Of a DNA stretch of 64,000 bases, positions 19,128-29,333 are shown in pieces; the first letter of the stretch is position 1, and the number at the start of each line of letters is the position of its first letter. The position numbers were made by a program, and so were the translations under genes. Location of the stretch: positions 864,001 through 928,000 of the forward strand of contig OZ241865.1 in NCBI GenBank assembly GCA_965203275.1, in the 5' to 3' direction. The notes beneath the pieces were generated by a model. The model saw nothing but the letters and a program-made list of their open reading frames with translations. It searched no databases and was not told the origin of the DNA. Origin of the DNA: Bdellovibrionales bacterium. GTDB taxonomy: Bacteria > Bdellovibrionota > Bdellovibrionia > Bdellovibrionales > JAUICD01.

Positions 19128-21157
19128 GGGGAAGATGTCCACTGGCTTATACCAGTAAGGTAAGTATGAAGTTCTTGCTCTAATTGAGATTGTAGATCAG
19201 AATCATTTACATTTATTTTTTCTTGAGTATCCTCCTTTATTTTAAATACCTGAGTCGTTTTAGTGGCATGTGCATATTCTAAAAGATAGGGACCTTTTCT
19301 TAACCAATAATGATGAGTATCTGAAAAAAGAGTTCTATTTTCTTCATCATTTAATAAGTTTCTTCCAATAAAGGGAATTTCTTTTTCATAACCTATCATA
19401 TAAAGAAGAGTCGTTGGAATATCTTGATGAGAGGCTACTTTGAGGCTTTCTCCTTTTTTGGTCAAATCCCCTCCTTCTCTGCGATCTAAAATAATTAAGG
19501 GTACTTGTGCATGTTGTAGGCTATTTGTGTTAAAAGGGATGGAATTCCATGTTCTGTGTTCTCCTGTGAGGACTATAATCAGATTATCACCTAAAAGCTC
19601 GATGATATTTTTTACAAAATTTTCTAAAACCCAGTTGGTATAGCATAATCCTTTTTGTATATTTTCAGAATAAACAGATGCTCTGTTTATTGAACAAAAT
19701 TTCTCAAAATCAAACTGCTGAAATGGAGAATCTGAAGAAGAATGAATAATATCTCCAAAATGAAGTGTATTGAGAAGGATCTTTACAAAAAGAGGATGAT
19801 CTATGTTTTTTCTCATTTCATCTAATGCTCTTTTTGTCACTTGACTGTCATCTGCTTTAACCAGTCCTGGTCCTGAGTGAGTGTAAGCAATTGATTGATC
19901 TCCAAACACTTCATCACCACCATATTCTAAGAAATAATACTCCATTTTAAAAAGATCAGTCGATCCCATAAAGAATAATGACTTATAGCCTAAAGGTTTG
20001 AGGAGGGACATAAGGGATCTTTTTTTAAGATTTAACTCAGGTTGAAAGCGATAGCCATCCACCATTGGGAAACCTAACAATAAAGATAAAAATGCATTAA
20101 AACTACACTGATAATGGAAATAAAAGTTTTTAAAAGATAAACCCTCTGAAGCTATTTGACGAAGATAAGGTAAATGTGAACTTTCATTTTGAGTATTTTC
20201 TAAGAATTTTTTAGATAAAGAATCAATATTGATCAGTACAATGTGAGGATTGGTTTGAAATTCTTTTGGAGGATTTTTAAACCTTCTAATAATATCGCTA
20301 GCATTGAGGAGTTCTGTTTGGTTGCTACTGATGATATCTTGAAAGGTTTCTCTGACAAGTGCATTGGGATTAATATTAAGACCTAAATCTATCTTTGAGT
20401 TATTGAGTGTCTGGATGGTTAAATTATAAAGGGCATTTTTAGCTGCCACTTGATAAAAAGTTTGTTGAAAGGGAGAATGGATCACATCAGTTAAACTAAT
20501 AGAAAAAAGAGGCGACAAAAAGGTAAGGCTTGTTAAGTAAAGCAAAAAAGCATGAAAATAAATAGCTATATAATACTGAGCTGGGCTTAAACTTTGAATG
20601 ATGGGTTTCTTTTTAAAATGACGACCAGATATATAATGATAGAGCTGTGCAAGAGACAAAGAGAATTGTGTGATCAGAGAAGATATTAGCAGAAGTAGAG
20701 GTACTAACAGCATTTCCAACGGATAATTTTCATAGAAAGATAAAAGAATAGGTATGATGTTAGAAAAGCTTAAAAAGTTGCCCAAGGCATGTATATGTAT
20801 ACGATCATAATAGGCTTGAAAAAAGAAAATATCTGCTAAAGATAAAAGTACAAAAATAAAAATAACAGATGTTAAATAGATGTCTTTGATTTTTTGAAAA
20901 AAATATGACCTTAAAATAAAGAACACACAAGTAGGAGCAAACAAAATAGATAGAGTGCTACCGTCGATGATCAAACCAATGAGAAAAACCTTTAGAATTT
21001 GCCAGTCAAAAACAGCAAACCCTCCATTGCAAGCTAAAAAGAGGCCTCTTAAAATCATCCCTGACAGGAGAGTCAAAGCAAAAGCAGGTAAGATATTAGA
21101 AGTTTGCAGAAACGGGGAGGAGGGGGAGGGGGACTTGCCTATTATTTGTTGATTCAT
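19094..21157 (-). CDS. LTA synthase / sulfatase-family membrane protein
   Basis: N-terminal TM helices; PHIVLINIDSL, TGEH, SHQDIPTTLL; catalytic motifs diverged. Confidence 0.75.
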   Translation of the reverse strand: MNQQIIGKSPSPSSPFLQTSNILPAFALTLLSGMILRGLFLACNGGFAVFDWQILKVFLIGLIIDGSTLSILFAPTCVFFILRSYFFQKIKDIYLTSVIFIFVLLSLADIFFFQAYYDRIHIHALGNFLSFSNIIPILLSFYENYPLEMLLVPLLLLISSLITQFSLSLAQLYHYISGRHFKKKPIIQSLSPAQYYIAIYFHAFLLYLTSLTFLSPLFSISLTDVIHSPFQQTFYQVAAKNALYNLTIQTLNNSKIDLGLNINPNALVRETFQDIISSNQTELLNASDIIRRFKNPPKEFQTNPHIVLINIDSLSKKFLENTQNESSHLPYLRQIASEGLSFKNFYFHYQCSFNAFLSLLLGFPMVDGYRFQPELNLKKRSLMSLLKPLGYKSLFFMGSTDLFKMEYYFLEYGGDEVFGDQSIAYTHSGPGLVKADDSQVTKRALDEMRKNIDHPLFVKILLNTLHFGDIIHSSSDSPFQQFDFEKFCSINRASVYSENIQKGLCYTNWVLENFVKNIIELLGDNLIIVLTGEHRTWNSIPFNTNSLQHAQVPLIILDRREGGDLTKKGESLKVASHQDIPTTLLYMIGYEKEIPFIGRNLLNDEENRTLFSDTHHYWLRKGPYLLEYAHATKTTQVFKIKEDTQEKINVNDSDLQSQLEQELHTYLTGISQWTSSPYPLLDEALPQ

Positions 21158-21225
21158 ATTTTATCAATTCCATTTTATGTTTTTGTATGTGTAGAAAGCG
21201 ACGAGGTGGACCTATACCTTTCTTT

Positions 21226-21283
21226 GAACTCTTTGAGTTGAAACTCTTTGAGTTGAAACTCCTTGAATTGAAAGTCTTTGAGT
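21226..21283. repeat. 15-bp tandem repeat x~4 (AAACTCTTTGAGTTG)
   Basis: Direct reading. Confidence 0.85.
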
Positions 21284-21471
21284 AAGATATAAGACCTTTT
21301 AGCCATCTTATATGATGAGGGTCCTTTAAAGATTATTTTCTGTCAATATTGTAGCTTAAAAAACATACTTTGACCTTGAAATTCTATTGATCAAAGATAA
21401 CTCTACTTTGTGCTTTACAAAGGTAGCCGACAGATGGTATAAAACAAAAGCAAACAAGATAAGGATTATTT

Positions 21472-22752
21472 ATGCAAAATATTTGTGTTAAGAAATTTGG
21501 TGGAACATCACTAGGGAGTCTTGAGCGTATTCGGGCTATAGCCCAAAGAATCCATGAAGACTATAAAAAAGGTCAAAAACCTGTGGTTGTAGCTTCTGCT
21601 ATGTCCGGTCAAACCAATCGATTTATTGCTATGGCAGAAGATATATTTCCTGGTTTTAGAGGGCCTGCTTATGATATGCTTTTAGCTTCAGGAGAACAAA
21701 TCTCTATTGCTCTTCTATCCATGTCTTTAAGCCGTTTAGGTGTTAAAGCCAAACCTTTTTTAGCTCATCAATTATCTATTATAACAGATTCTTTATTTTC
21801 AAAGGCTCGCATACAAAAAATAGAAACTCAAAAACTTTTAGATTTTGTCCATCAGGGCGGTATTCCTATTGTTGCAGGATTTCAAGGAGTTGACTTAGAT
21901 AATCAAATCACAACACTTGGACGAGGTGGATCAGATACATCAGCAGTGGCTTTAGCTATTGCACTAGATACTTCCCACTGTGAAATCTATACCGATGTAC
22001 CAGGGGTGTACAGTGCAGACCCTCGCCTTGTCCCTTCTGCAAGTCCTATTGCAGAGCTTAATTTTGAAGAAATGATGGAGATGGCTGCTTTAGGCTGTCG
22101 TATTTTAAATATACGTAGCGTAGAGATGGCATCAAAATTTCAAATGGCTATTCATGTTCGATCCTCCTTTGATCAAAGGGAGGGTACATGGATTCGAACC
22201 CAACCCCAAAGGAGACTTATGGAAAACCCAATTGTAACAGCTATTACACACGAGGTATCTACAGTTGTGATCAAGCTTTTTCCCTTACCATTAGGGACAG
22301 AAATTTTAGCTAGTTTATTTCAAAAGCTAGCTAAAAAAGGCATTGTTGTAGATATCATTGCACAAAGTTATATACAAGAGCAGCAAAGGGTTGCTTTTTC
22401 TATCCCTACAGAAGATAAAATAACTGCTTGTCAGTTATTGCAAAGTTTCTTAGAAGATAGCCAGATCACCGTATTAGAAAATGTCTCTAAGATCAGCATT
22501 GTAGGTGTCGGCATGCGGAATCATCCAGGTGTGGCAGCAAAGTTTTTTAAGATATTATCCGATGTGCCTATTCATCTTGTCACAACATCCGAAATTAAAA
22601 TGAGTGCTGTGATCGATCGGATACATTTACAAAAAGTAGCTAAGGCTCTCCACTCAGCTTTTCAGTTAGATCAATCTACAGAAAGCACTGCCCAGACTCG
22701 TGCCATCAGACATAACAATCTAAGTTATATGAGAGAAGATGCTTTGTTATAA
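21472..22752 (+). CDS. lysC: Aspartate kinase
   Basis: KFGGTS, TTLGRGGSDTSA, YTDVPGVYSADPR, ACT domains. Confidence 0.95.
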   Translation: MQNICVKKFGGTSLGSLERIRAIAQRIHEDYKKGQKPVVVASAMSGQTNRFIAMAEDIFPGFRGPAYDMLLASGEQISIALLSMSLSRLGVKAKPFLAHQLSIITDSLFSKARIQKIETQKLLDFVHQGGIPIVAGFQGVDLDNQITTLGRGGSDTSAVALAIALDTSHCEIYTDVPGVYSADPRLVPSASPIAELNFEEMMEMAALGCRILNIRSVEMASKFQMAIHVRSSFDQREGTWIRTQPQRRLMENPIVTAITHEVSTVVIKLFPLPLGTEILASLFQKLAKKGIVVDIIAQSYIQEQQRVAFSIPTEDKITACQLLQSFLEDSQITVLENVSKISIVGVGMRNHPGVAAKFFKILSDVPIHLVTTSEIKMSAVIDRIHLQKVAKALHSAFQLDQSTESTAQTRAIRHNNLSYMREDALL

Positions 22753-23908
22753 AGATGATGAGCTTTATTTTCAACAGATAGCTTTAAGCCATTTGGTCAA
22801 GCAACATGGAACACCTATTTATGTGTATTCCTTATCTGTCATTCAAGAAAGATTACAAAAGTTTATGCAAGCGTTCGATCATCAAATAAGCGTTCATTTT
22901 GCTATGAAATGTAACGCAAATCAAAAAATACTGCAACAAATGCAGAAAGCTCAAATAGGTGTAGATGTGGTCTCTCAAGGAGAAATTAAAGAGGCCTTTG
23001 CTGTAGGTTTTCAACCTTCAGATGTGATATTTTCTGGAGTGGCTAAAACTGTCAAAGAATTAACATTTGCTATTGAAAATAATATTAAGCAAATCAATGT
23101 GGAAAGCCCTCAAGAGTTAGAGCGTATAGGTATTTTGACAGAAAAACTTGGCCAGACAGCTTGCGTTGCTTTCCGTTATAATCCTGATGTCAATCCAGTC
23201 ACTCATCCTTATATTACAACAGGTTTAAGAGAGAATAAATTTGGTATGGATTCTTCTTTCTTGCCAGAAATAGAATCTATTTTGAAAAAATATCAAAGGC
23301 TTATTTTAAGAGGTGTGACCATTCATATAGGTTCTCAAGTTTTAGATATATCAGTCATTCAGGAAGCTATTGAAAAAACCATTCCTATTTATAAATATTT
23401 TGAATCGTTAGGGTTTCCTATAGAGAGCTTTGATGTGGGAGGAGGTCTTGGAATACCCTACCAGAAGGAGCAACAAACCCCTAATATAGATCATTATGGT
23501 CAGATGATTTTGGATTTATTAAAACCTTTATCTTGTGAAATTATTTGTGAACCAGGGCGAATCCTTATGGCTCCTGCAGGTATTTTGCTAACAGAAGTGC
23601 AGTATATTAAAAGCACTTCTTTTAAGAATTTTGCTATGGTGGATACAGGAATGCACCACCTTTTACGTCCTGCTCTATATGATGCCCACCATGAGATATG
23701 GCCTTTAAAACAAAAAAAAGGCTTAGGAAAAGTGTACGATGTTGTAGGACCTATTTGTGAATCAGCTGATGTAATTGGCAAGTCAAGGTTATTGAAAGAA
23801 TTAAAACAAGGCGATCTGTTAGCTATTTTAGATGTAGGGGCTTATGGTTATATTATGGCCAATAGATATAATGCACATCCCTTCCCTGAAGAAATTTTTA
23901 TTCCTTAA
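22739..23908 (+). CDS. lysA: Diaminopimelate decarboxylase
   Basis: FAMKCN, HIGSQ, DVGGGLG, EPGR, GPICESAD. Confidence 0.95.
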   Translation: MLCYKDDELYFQQIALSHLVKQHGTPIYVYSLSVIQERLQKFMQAFDHQISVHFAMKCNANQKILQQMQKAQIGVDVVSQGEIKEAFAVGFQPSDVIFSGVAKTVKELTFAIENNIKQINVESPQELERIGILTEKLGQTACVAFRYNPDVNPVTHPYITTGLRENKFGMDSSFLPEIESILKKYQRLILRGVTIHIGSQVLDISVIQEAIEKTIPIYKYFESLGFPIESFDVGGGLGIPYQKEQQTPNIDHYGQMILDLLKPLSCEIICEPGRILMAPAGILLTEVQYIKSTSFKNFAMVDTGMHHLLRPALYDAHHEIWPLKQKKGLGKVYDVVGPICESADVIGKSRLLKELKQGDLLAILDVGAYGYIMANRYNAHPFPEEIFIP

Positions 23909-23964
23909 GGCTGGCCTTAAAGACTATGATTTTTATTTTTATATTTTGTTTTCATAGTTTTTAT

Positions 23965-24038
23965 CCTGAGTTTGATAGCCTGCAAAAATAAAGTTGAGTA
24001 AAACCCTGAGTTTGATAGCCTGCAAAAATAAAGTTGAG
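23965..24038. repeat. 34-bp direct repeat x2 (period 40)
   Basis: CCTGAGTTTGATAGCCTGCAAAAATAAAGTTGAG at 23965 and 24005. Confidence 0.9.
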
Positions 24039-24202
24039 CAGTAGGTTATGAGTCGAAAGAGATTTTGTGCCACTAGGTTTTTGTTTTTGTGGCAGAATTT
24101 TAGAAAATCTATGTTGTTTCACTAAAAGTGGCCAGAGGTCAATTCATTTTAAGTTAAAAAAAAGGAAACCAGTTTTGTAGATTGTCCAATAAACAAGAAT
24201 GT

Positions 24203-24418
24203 TTAACCTAAGTTATTTAGTTTTTTCTGTATTTCTCGTATTTTGTTCTCTGTAGAGTCTGTGATTTTTGCAATGGTCGAAATATCCATGTTATTTTTCA
24301 ACATATTTAAGATGACACTTTGTTTTTCTTCCTGTCGCCCTTCCTGTCGCCCTTTTTGCAACCCTTTTTGCAATCCTTCCTGTAATAATCTTTCTCTTGT
24401 GATCTGTAGTGGTGGCAT
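24203..24418 (-). CDS. Small C-terminal Rpn product (Rpn_S-like), 71 aa
   Basis: AAGGAGG upstream of in-frame ATG (MPPLQITRERLLQEG...). Confidence 0.65.
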   Translation of the reverse strand: MPPLQITRERLLQEGLQKGLQKGRQEGRQEEKQSVILNMLKNNMDISTIAKITDSTENKIREIQKKLNNLG

Positions 24419-24500
24419 GGTTCTTTCCTCCTTTAATATATGTTTTTCTTCTATTTTTTGCAATACTTTCCATGTAAAACTAGGATCATAAATCCTGTCT

Positions 24501-24872
24501 GTTTCACTCAAAGTGAACTGGCCTCTGGCCACTTTTGGACAATGACCGCAAAGGCTTTCGCCTTTGACAAAATGGTCATTGTCTCAAAAGCCTGTTCACT
24601 TTGAGTAGGAAGGATCCCTTCCTCTTTTGACACGATGTTAAGGAAACAAGCTGTCTCTTAACATAATGTTAAGGGAAAAAGTTTTATTTGTAAACTCGCT
24701 TGCCCTTAAGGCAATAAAAAACTTTTTCCTTAACATGGTGTAAAGGAATAAAAAGATCCTCCTCTACTTAAAATAAATGGATTTTCTAGGTAGTTAGCCT
24801 TTGATCGACGGCGGTAGCCGTCGGGCTAACTGCCAGAAAACATGCCAGAGGCATGATTTATTTTGAGTGAAA
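24501..24872. repeat. Inverted doublet of the structured repeat
   Basis: GTTTCACTCAAA...TTTTGAGTGAAAC termini, two opposed full copies. Confidence 0.9.
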
Positions 24873-25392
24873 CAATACTTGCACCTTTGATGATGGAAAA
24901 TTCAAATATCCATGGAAACTCAACGGCATCTTCCAAGGCTCCTTACCAGAATAAACCAATACAGGAATTACCAAAGAAGGCACTTTATTGTTACCCTGTT
25001 GATCTTTACTGTCCTTCTCATAAATATTAGCTTGGTAATTGAGCATCTGGATAAAAACACTGGGATCGTTATAAGACTTATGCTCAAAAAGGAAGATAAT
25101 CTCAACCATCTGCCCTGTTTTCAGTTGAACAGAAAAAATCACATCAGCCCGACGCTCTCTAAAAGCTTTATCTATAAAAACAGTCACTCTAGATTGCAAG
25201 GTACTCCAATCAAAAAGTTCAAATTCCTCTGAATTTAAAACCAAACGCAACAAATCTAAAATATATTGTTCTTTGCTGTAAACTTCATAAAATAGATGGT
25301 CAAATAAATGTAAGACATCACGCTTAAAACCTTTTTTGTTCTTTTTACGATGTTTGAATTTTTTAGACATAATCGCTCCTTATGTGTTTTTG

Positions 25393-26050
25393 TTTCATTA
25401 AAAATAGTCTAGCCTCTGTTTCACTCAAAGTAAACTGACCTCTGGTCACTTTTGGACAATGACCGCAAAGGCTTTCGCCTTTGACAAAATAGGCAACACC
25501 TAAAAAATCCGTTCATTTCAAGTAAGAAAGGATATCCTTGCCTCTTGACATCATGTTAAGGAAAATATCCTTCTAATAACAGTTAGCCCGACGGCTGTCG
25601 CCGTCGATCAAAGGCTGATTGCCTCAAAAGTCCGTTTACTTTTAGTAGGGAGGATCTCTTCCTTTTTTAACATCATGTTAAGGAAAAAATTCCTTCATCA
25701 CTACTGGCAACCTAGAAAGCCTGACCACTTTTAGTAGAAAGGATCTCTTCGTCTCTTGACTACATGTTAGGGAAAAAGTTCTTTCTGATGCCGGGTTGCC
25801 GGATCCCAGATCCCGGATGAAGATCATGTTAGGGAAAAAAGATGTTTGTTTTTTTGGAATTTTTTCTAAAAGGTAGGGAAATTGGGTTTGAAAATTGGAA
25901 ATCAAGTGATTTCAGCTAGTTTGGTTCACTAAAAATAAACCAGCTAGAAGCTGGTTTATTTTTAGTGAGACAAATGCGGTCATTGCCCAAAAGTAGCCAG
26001 AGGCTAGACCACTTTTAGTGAAACAGAGGTCAGTTCATTTTGAGTGAAAA
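25393..26050. repeat. Cluster of structured repeats and fragments
   Basis: Repeated TTTCACT ends and ATGTTAAGG motifs; GATGCCGGGTTGCC module at ~25788. Confidence 0.9.
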
Positions 26051-26131
26051 AAGCGTGAGTCGGGTTTAAGATAAACTCCAAAAACATAACATCAATAAGC
26101 CTGATGATAATTTTGATGTAGAACGTAAAGG

Positions 26132-26896
26132 ATGAGTGAAGATACTTGTCCATTAAATCATTTTAACAATATAAGGGGGTTTAAAATGACATATTTATTT
26201 ACTAACCAAAAAAGAAATCAAAGGGGCTTTAGCTTAATCGAGCTAATGGTCGTCGTCGCTATTATTGGTCTATTGGCCGCTATTGCAATACCACAGTACG
26301 GTCGTTTTCAAAAGCGAGCAATGCAAACAGAGGCTAAAAGTGGCTTAAGTGGTTTATATGTAGCACAAAGGACTTTTATAACAGAATGGAATTTTGCGTC
26401 ATCAAGTATGGGACAGTTAGGATATGCTGTTGAAGGTGATACAAGATATGCTGTTGGATGGGTTGCACGAACAGGAGATGCAAGAGACGCTTCGACTGTT
26501 CCGGCTAGTAGGGCTGATGGTTATAGAGGGCCGGCAACACCGACTGGTCCAGACTCTAACACGGGAGCTACTTGGCCAGCTGGTCTTACTGACTTAAATG
26601 CATGGGGGACATTACCTACGTGTAGTAATACGGCAGGGACAGTTTGTACAGCTAATGAAATATCGAACGGATGTTGGACTAATACCCATGGTACTGTAGC
26701 AACTGGTGATGATACATGTGAAGTCGCCGCTTCGAATGGTCTACATATAGCCTCTGCTGGTGCTGGAATTACATACACTGCTGGTGCCGCATCTTATCTT
26801 GGAACAAAAGGAACTATAGTGCCTGCTGATGCAGATACATGGACAATAAACCATCAAAAAACTATTAGGAATACTCAAGACGGGACAGATAAATAA
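26132..26896 (+). CDS. pilA: Type IVa major pilin (true start probably ~26186, MTYLF)
   Basis: [26 protein letters not shown] prepilin motif; C-terminal WTINHQK. Confidence 0.9.
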   Translation: MSEDTCPLNHFNNIRGFKMTYLFTNQKRNQRGFSLIELMVVVAIIGLLAAIAIPQYGRFQKRAMQTEAKSGLSGLYVAQRTFITEWNFASSSMGQLGYAVEGDTRYAVGWVARTGDARDASTVPASRADGYRGPATPTGPDSNTGATWPAGLTDLNAWGTLPTCSNTAGTVCTANEISNGCWTNTHGTVATGDDTCEVAASNGLHIASAGAGITYTAGAASYLGTKGTIVPADADTWTINHQKTIRNTQDGTDK

Positions 26897-26913
26897 TCCA
26901 TTAATTCAATTAT

Positions 26914-26945
26914 AAGGCTATGGGTTTTAAGGCCCATAGCTTTTA
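26914..26945 (+). terminator. Hairpin/terminator after pilin
   Basis: GCTATGGG...CCCATAGC followed by T-run. Confidence 0.75.
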
Positions 26946-26953
26946 TTTTATCT

Positions 26954-27469
26954 TTGGAGACTATAGTCATGTTAAAAATAAGAAAAGCCATCAAATATTT
27001 AGCAAAGCCGAGACAATTTATGTATTTATTGGCTTTATTGGTCGCTGTTTGGATAAATGCCTTTTATATGTTCGCTGAGGACAATTATCTAAGAGCTAAA
27101 TTCAAGTCTGATCAAGAGATAGCAAAGCAAGAGCAAATACATGATAAAACATTCCAAATAGATATGAACACCGGGCGTAAGTCTTACGATAGCATCTTTG
27201 ATCCGGATGAGGCTGTCAGAAATAAGAGAATAGATACGATTGAGAGGTATCTCAATATATGCAATACGGCATCTTGTCGATTGATCGGTGGGTTAGAACC
27301 CACAAAGAAAGTTTGCAATAAAGAGCTATCAACATCACGGGAGTTTCATAAGTATAGAGTGTATTCATGTAGTTTAAAAATCACAGTGGAAAATGACGAA
27401 CCTATGGATTGTACGAGGGTAAATTGGAGTGATATAAAAGGCTTTTGTGAAAAGTTAAATGATACATAA
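26954..27469 (+). CDS. Pilin-associated membrane-anchored Cys-rich hypothetical protein
   Basis: One TM helix, six Cys; paralog at 34752-35252. Confidence 0.7.
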   Translation: METIVMLKIRKAIKYLAKPRQFMYLLALLVAVWINAFYMFAEDNYLRAKFKSDQEIAKQEQIHDKTFQIDMNTGRKSYDSIFDPDEAVRNKRIDTIERYLNICNTASCRLIGGLEPTKKVCNKELSTSREFHKYRVYSCSLKITVENDEPMDCTRVNWSDIKGFCEKLNDT

Positions 27470-27511
27470 AACCTTTTTGAGAACTTAAAAGTATTTTAAC
27501 GTTTTCATTTT

Positions 27512-27545
27512 AAAGGGGGCCCCCACGACAGGCCCTCTTTTTTTT
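27512..27545 (+). terminator. Intrinsic terminator
   Basis: AAAGGGGGCC...GGCCCTCTTT plus T-run. Confidence 0.7.
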
Positions 27546-27648
27546 AAGTAAGTCCAAAGCCCTGCCGATAGAGTATTTAGATAGCAATTTAATATCTAAA
27601 GGTCGGTACAAAATTCCTAGAAAACAGAAGGCTTATTTATCGTTATTA

Positions 27649-28284
27649 TTGTTTGTTTTGTCTTGTTTGGCATTCGGGTTTAACAATTGTTATAAAGATA
27701 AGTTGGACAAGGTCGAAAGCCAGACATCTAGCTCTAAGATGACACAAACAAACCCATCACCAACTCAAAGATCAACACCGATTATAAACCCATCACCAAA
27801 TCTCGAAATGAATCAATCACTAATCAAAGACGTAAAGGAAGGCAACATCAGTAAAGTAAGAGATGCCTTAAACAATGAAACGAACATCAATCTTCAAAAC
27901 AAAGATGGACGGACGGCTTTAATGTGGGCTAGTGTTAAAGGCCATATTGAGATTGTAAAGCTATTGCTAGCAGCCGGAGCGGACGTCAATCTTCAAAGTA
28001 ATATTGGAGAGACGGCTTTAATGTGGGCAGTTATTCGAAGTCATGTAGAGATTGTAAAGTTATTGCTAGTAGCCGGAGCGGACGTCAATCTTCAAGATAT
28101 TATAGGATGGACGGCTTTAATGCTGGCAGATAGAGGAGGAGGTGATATTGTAAAGTTATTGCTAGCGGCCGGAGCGGACGTCAATCTTCAAGATAATATA
28201 GGATGGACGGCTTTAAAACATGCTAGAGGGAGAGACCATACAGAGATTGTAAGACTATTAAGAGAGGCCGGAGCTACAGAATAA
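27649..28284 (+). CDS. Ankyrin-repeat (lipo)protein
   Basis: Four G-x-TAL...IVKLLLAAGADVNLQ repeats; FNNC lipobox-like start. Confidence 0.92.
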   Translation: MFVLSCLAFGFNNCYKDKLDKVESQTSSSKMTQTNPSPTQRSTPIINPSPNLEMNQSLIKDVKEGNISKVRDALNNETNINLQNKDGRTALMWASVKGHIEIVKLLLAAGADVNLQSNIGETALMWAVIRSHVEIVKLLLVAGADVNLQDIIGWTALMLADRGGGDIVKLLLAAGADVNLQDNIGWTALKHARGRDHTEIVRLLREAGATE

Positions 28285-28491
28285 TACCAATTCTATATTT
28301 GACTTAATTTTTGTTTTTTCGTATGATGACAATATAAAAAACCTAAAAATAAGGGGAAAAACGAAATTTCAGATAAATAAATCAATGCTAGAGATAATAT
28401 TAAGCTAAAAGTTGCTATTTATGGATATTGTGTTTTGGTTTCATTTAGAGTATTTGTATTATGTTTAAAGATATAAAGGAGGTTCAAAGTT

Positions 28492-29166
28492 ATGACAGAG
28501 AGAGTTTTATTACAATTAACAATAGATGCTATTTTCAAAGCTTTTTTTGAAAAGAGAGAAGACCTTTTAATTTCACTGGTAGAGAATTTTGTACCTTTGC
28601 CTAAAGGTTCTGTGATAGAGGGTGTTTCATTATTAAACACAGAGCTTCTTCCCGATAAAGTTCCAGACGAATACAAATCCTTTACTTTAGATTTGCGTGT
28701 GAAATTAAGAAGACGGATCAGAGGCGTTCTTCAAAATACAGAGATTGTCCATGTAGAAGTTCAGACGACAAGTCAAAAGTTTTTTACAGATCGGATATTA
28801 GTTTATGCTTCTAGGGCTTATTCTGGTCAGATAAAGAAAGGCGAAGATTTTAATCAATTACTTCCTGTGTATTCACTTGTTTTTACAACAACTAATTTAA
28901 AAGAATTTGCAGGGATAAAGGATTACTATCATATCTGCAATATCCGTCGGACAAAACCACCAGAAGTGATTATGTCTCGTGGATTGTGTTTTGTCATTGT
29001 AGAATTAGGCAAGTTTCAGTCAAGTTTGCATGAATTATTTGACAAAAAGGCAGATTGGTGTTATCTTTTAAAGAACTCTGGTAATATGGATTTAAAGGAG
29101 TATACCAATTTTCAGAATAAAAGGGATCCTTCTTCTGGGATCTGGCAACCCGGCATCAGGTCCTAA
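28492..29166 (+). CDS. Rpn-family PD-(D/E)XK nuclease, N-terminal part, truncated by repeat insertion
   Basis: DAIFKAFF, LDLRV, VHVEVQ, DRILVYASRAYSGQ, VIVELGKF. Confidence 0.88.
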   Translation: MTERVLLQLTIDAIFKAFFEKREDLLISLVENFVPLPKGSVIEGVSLLNTELLPDKVPDEYKSFTLDLRVKLRRRIRGVLQNTEIVHVEVQTTSQKFFTDRILVYASRAYSGQIKKGEDFNQLLPVYSLVFTTTNLKEFAGIKDYYHICNIRRTKPPEVIMSRGLCFVIVELGKFQSSLHELFDKKADWCYLLKNSGNMDLKEYTNFQNKRDPSSGIWQPGIRS

Positions 29167-29318
29167 AACTGAACTTTTTCCTTAACATTGTGTTAAAAAA
29201 GGAAAGGATCCTTCCTACTAAAAATAAACGGATTTTTGAGGTATTGCTCTTTTTGGACAGCGTAAGCTGTCAGAGCAATGCCCAAAAACAGCCAGAGGCT
29301 GGTTTATTTTTAGTGAGA
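29122..29318 (+). repeat. Structured repeat plus GGATCTGGCAACCCGGCATC module inserted in Rpn gene
   Basis: Helix ACTAAAAATAAAC (29217-29229) / GTTTATTTTTAGT (29302-29314); flanking direct repeat AGAATAAAAGG. Confidence 0.9.
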
Positions 29319-29333
29319 ATAAAAGGAGGCGTT

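Larger units (their letters stand above)
24203..25370 (-). pseudogene. Rpn/YhgA-like PD-(D/E)XK nuclease split by a structured-repeat doublet
   Basis: N-part RRADVIFSV...FLFEHKSY, IPVLVYSG; C-part EGLQKGLQKGRQEG...STIAKIT; insert at 24501-24872. Confidence 0.85.

Noticed and set aside
25786..25805. c-di-GMP-I riboswitch suggested by GCCGGGTTGCC
   Set aside because: Rest of the aptamer is absent; the motif belongs to a dispersed repeat.
29114..29326. Precise excision or canonical intron restoring full-length Rpn
   Set aside because: Recombination between the 11-bp direct repeats removes 202 nt and leaves a frameshift; no group I or II intron hallmarks recognised. Not excluded experimentally.
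29190..29333. N-terminal extensions of ORFs 29190, 44264 and 24532
   Set aside because: Translated element sequence; strong AAGGAGG sites point to starts at 29334, 44408 and 24418.
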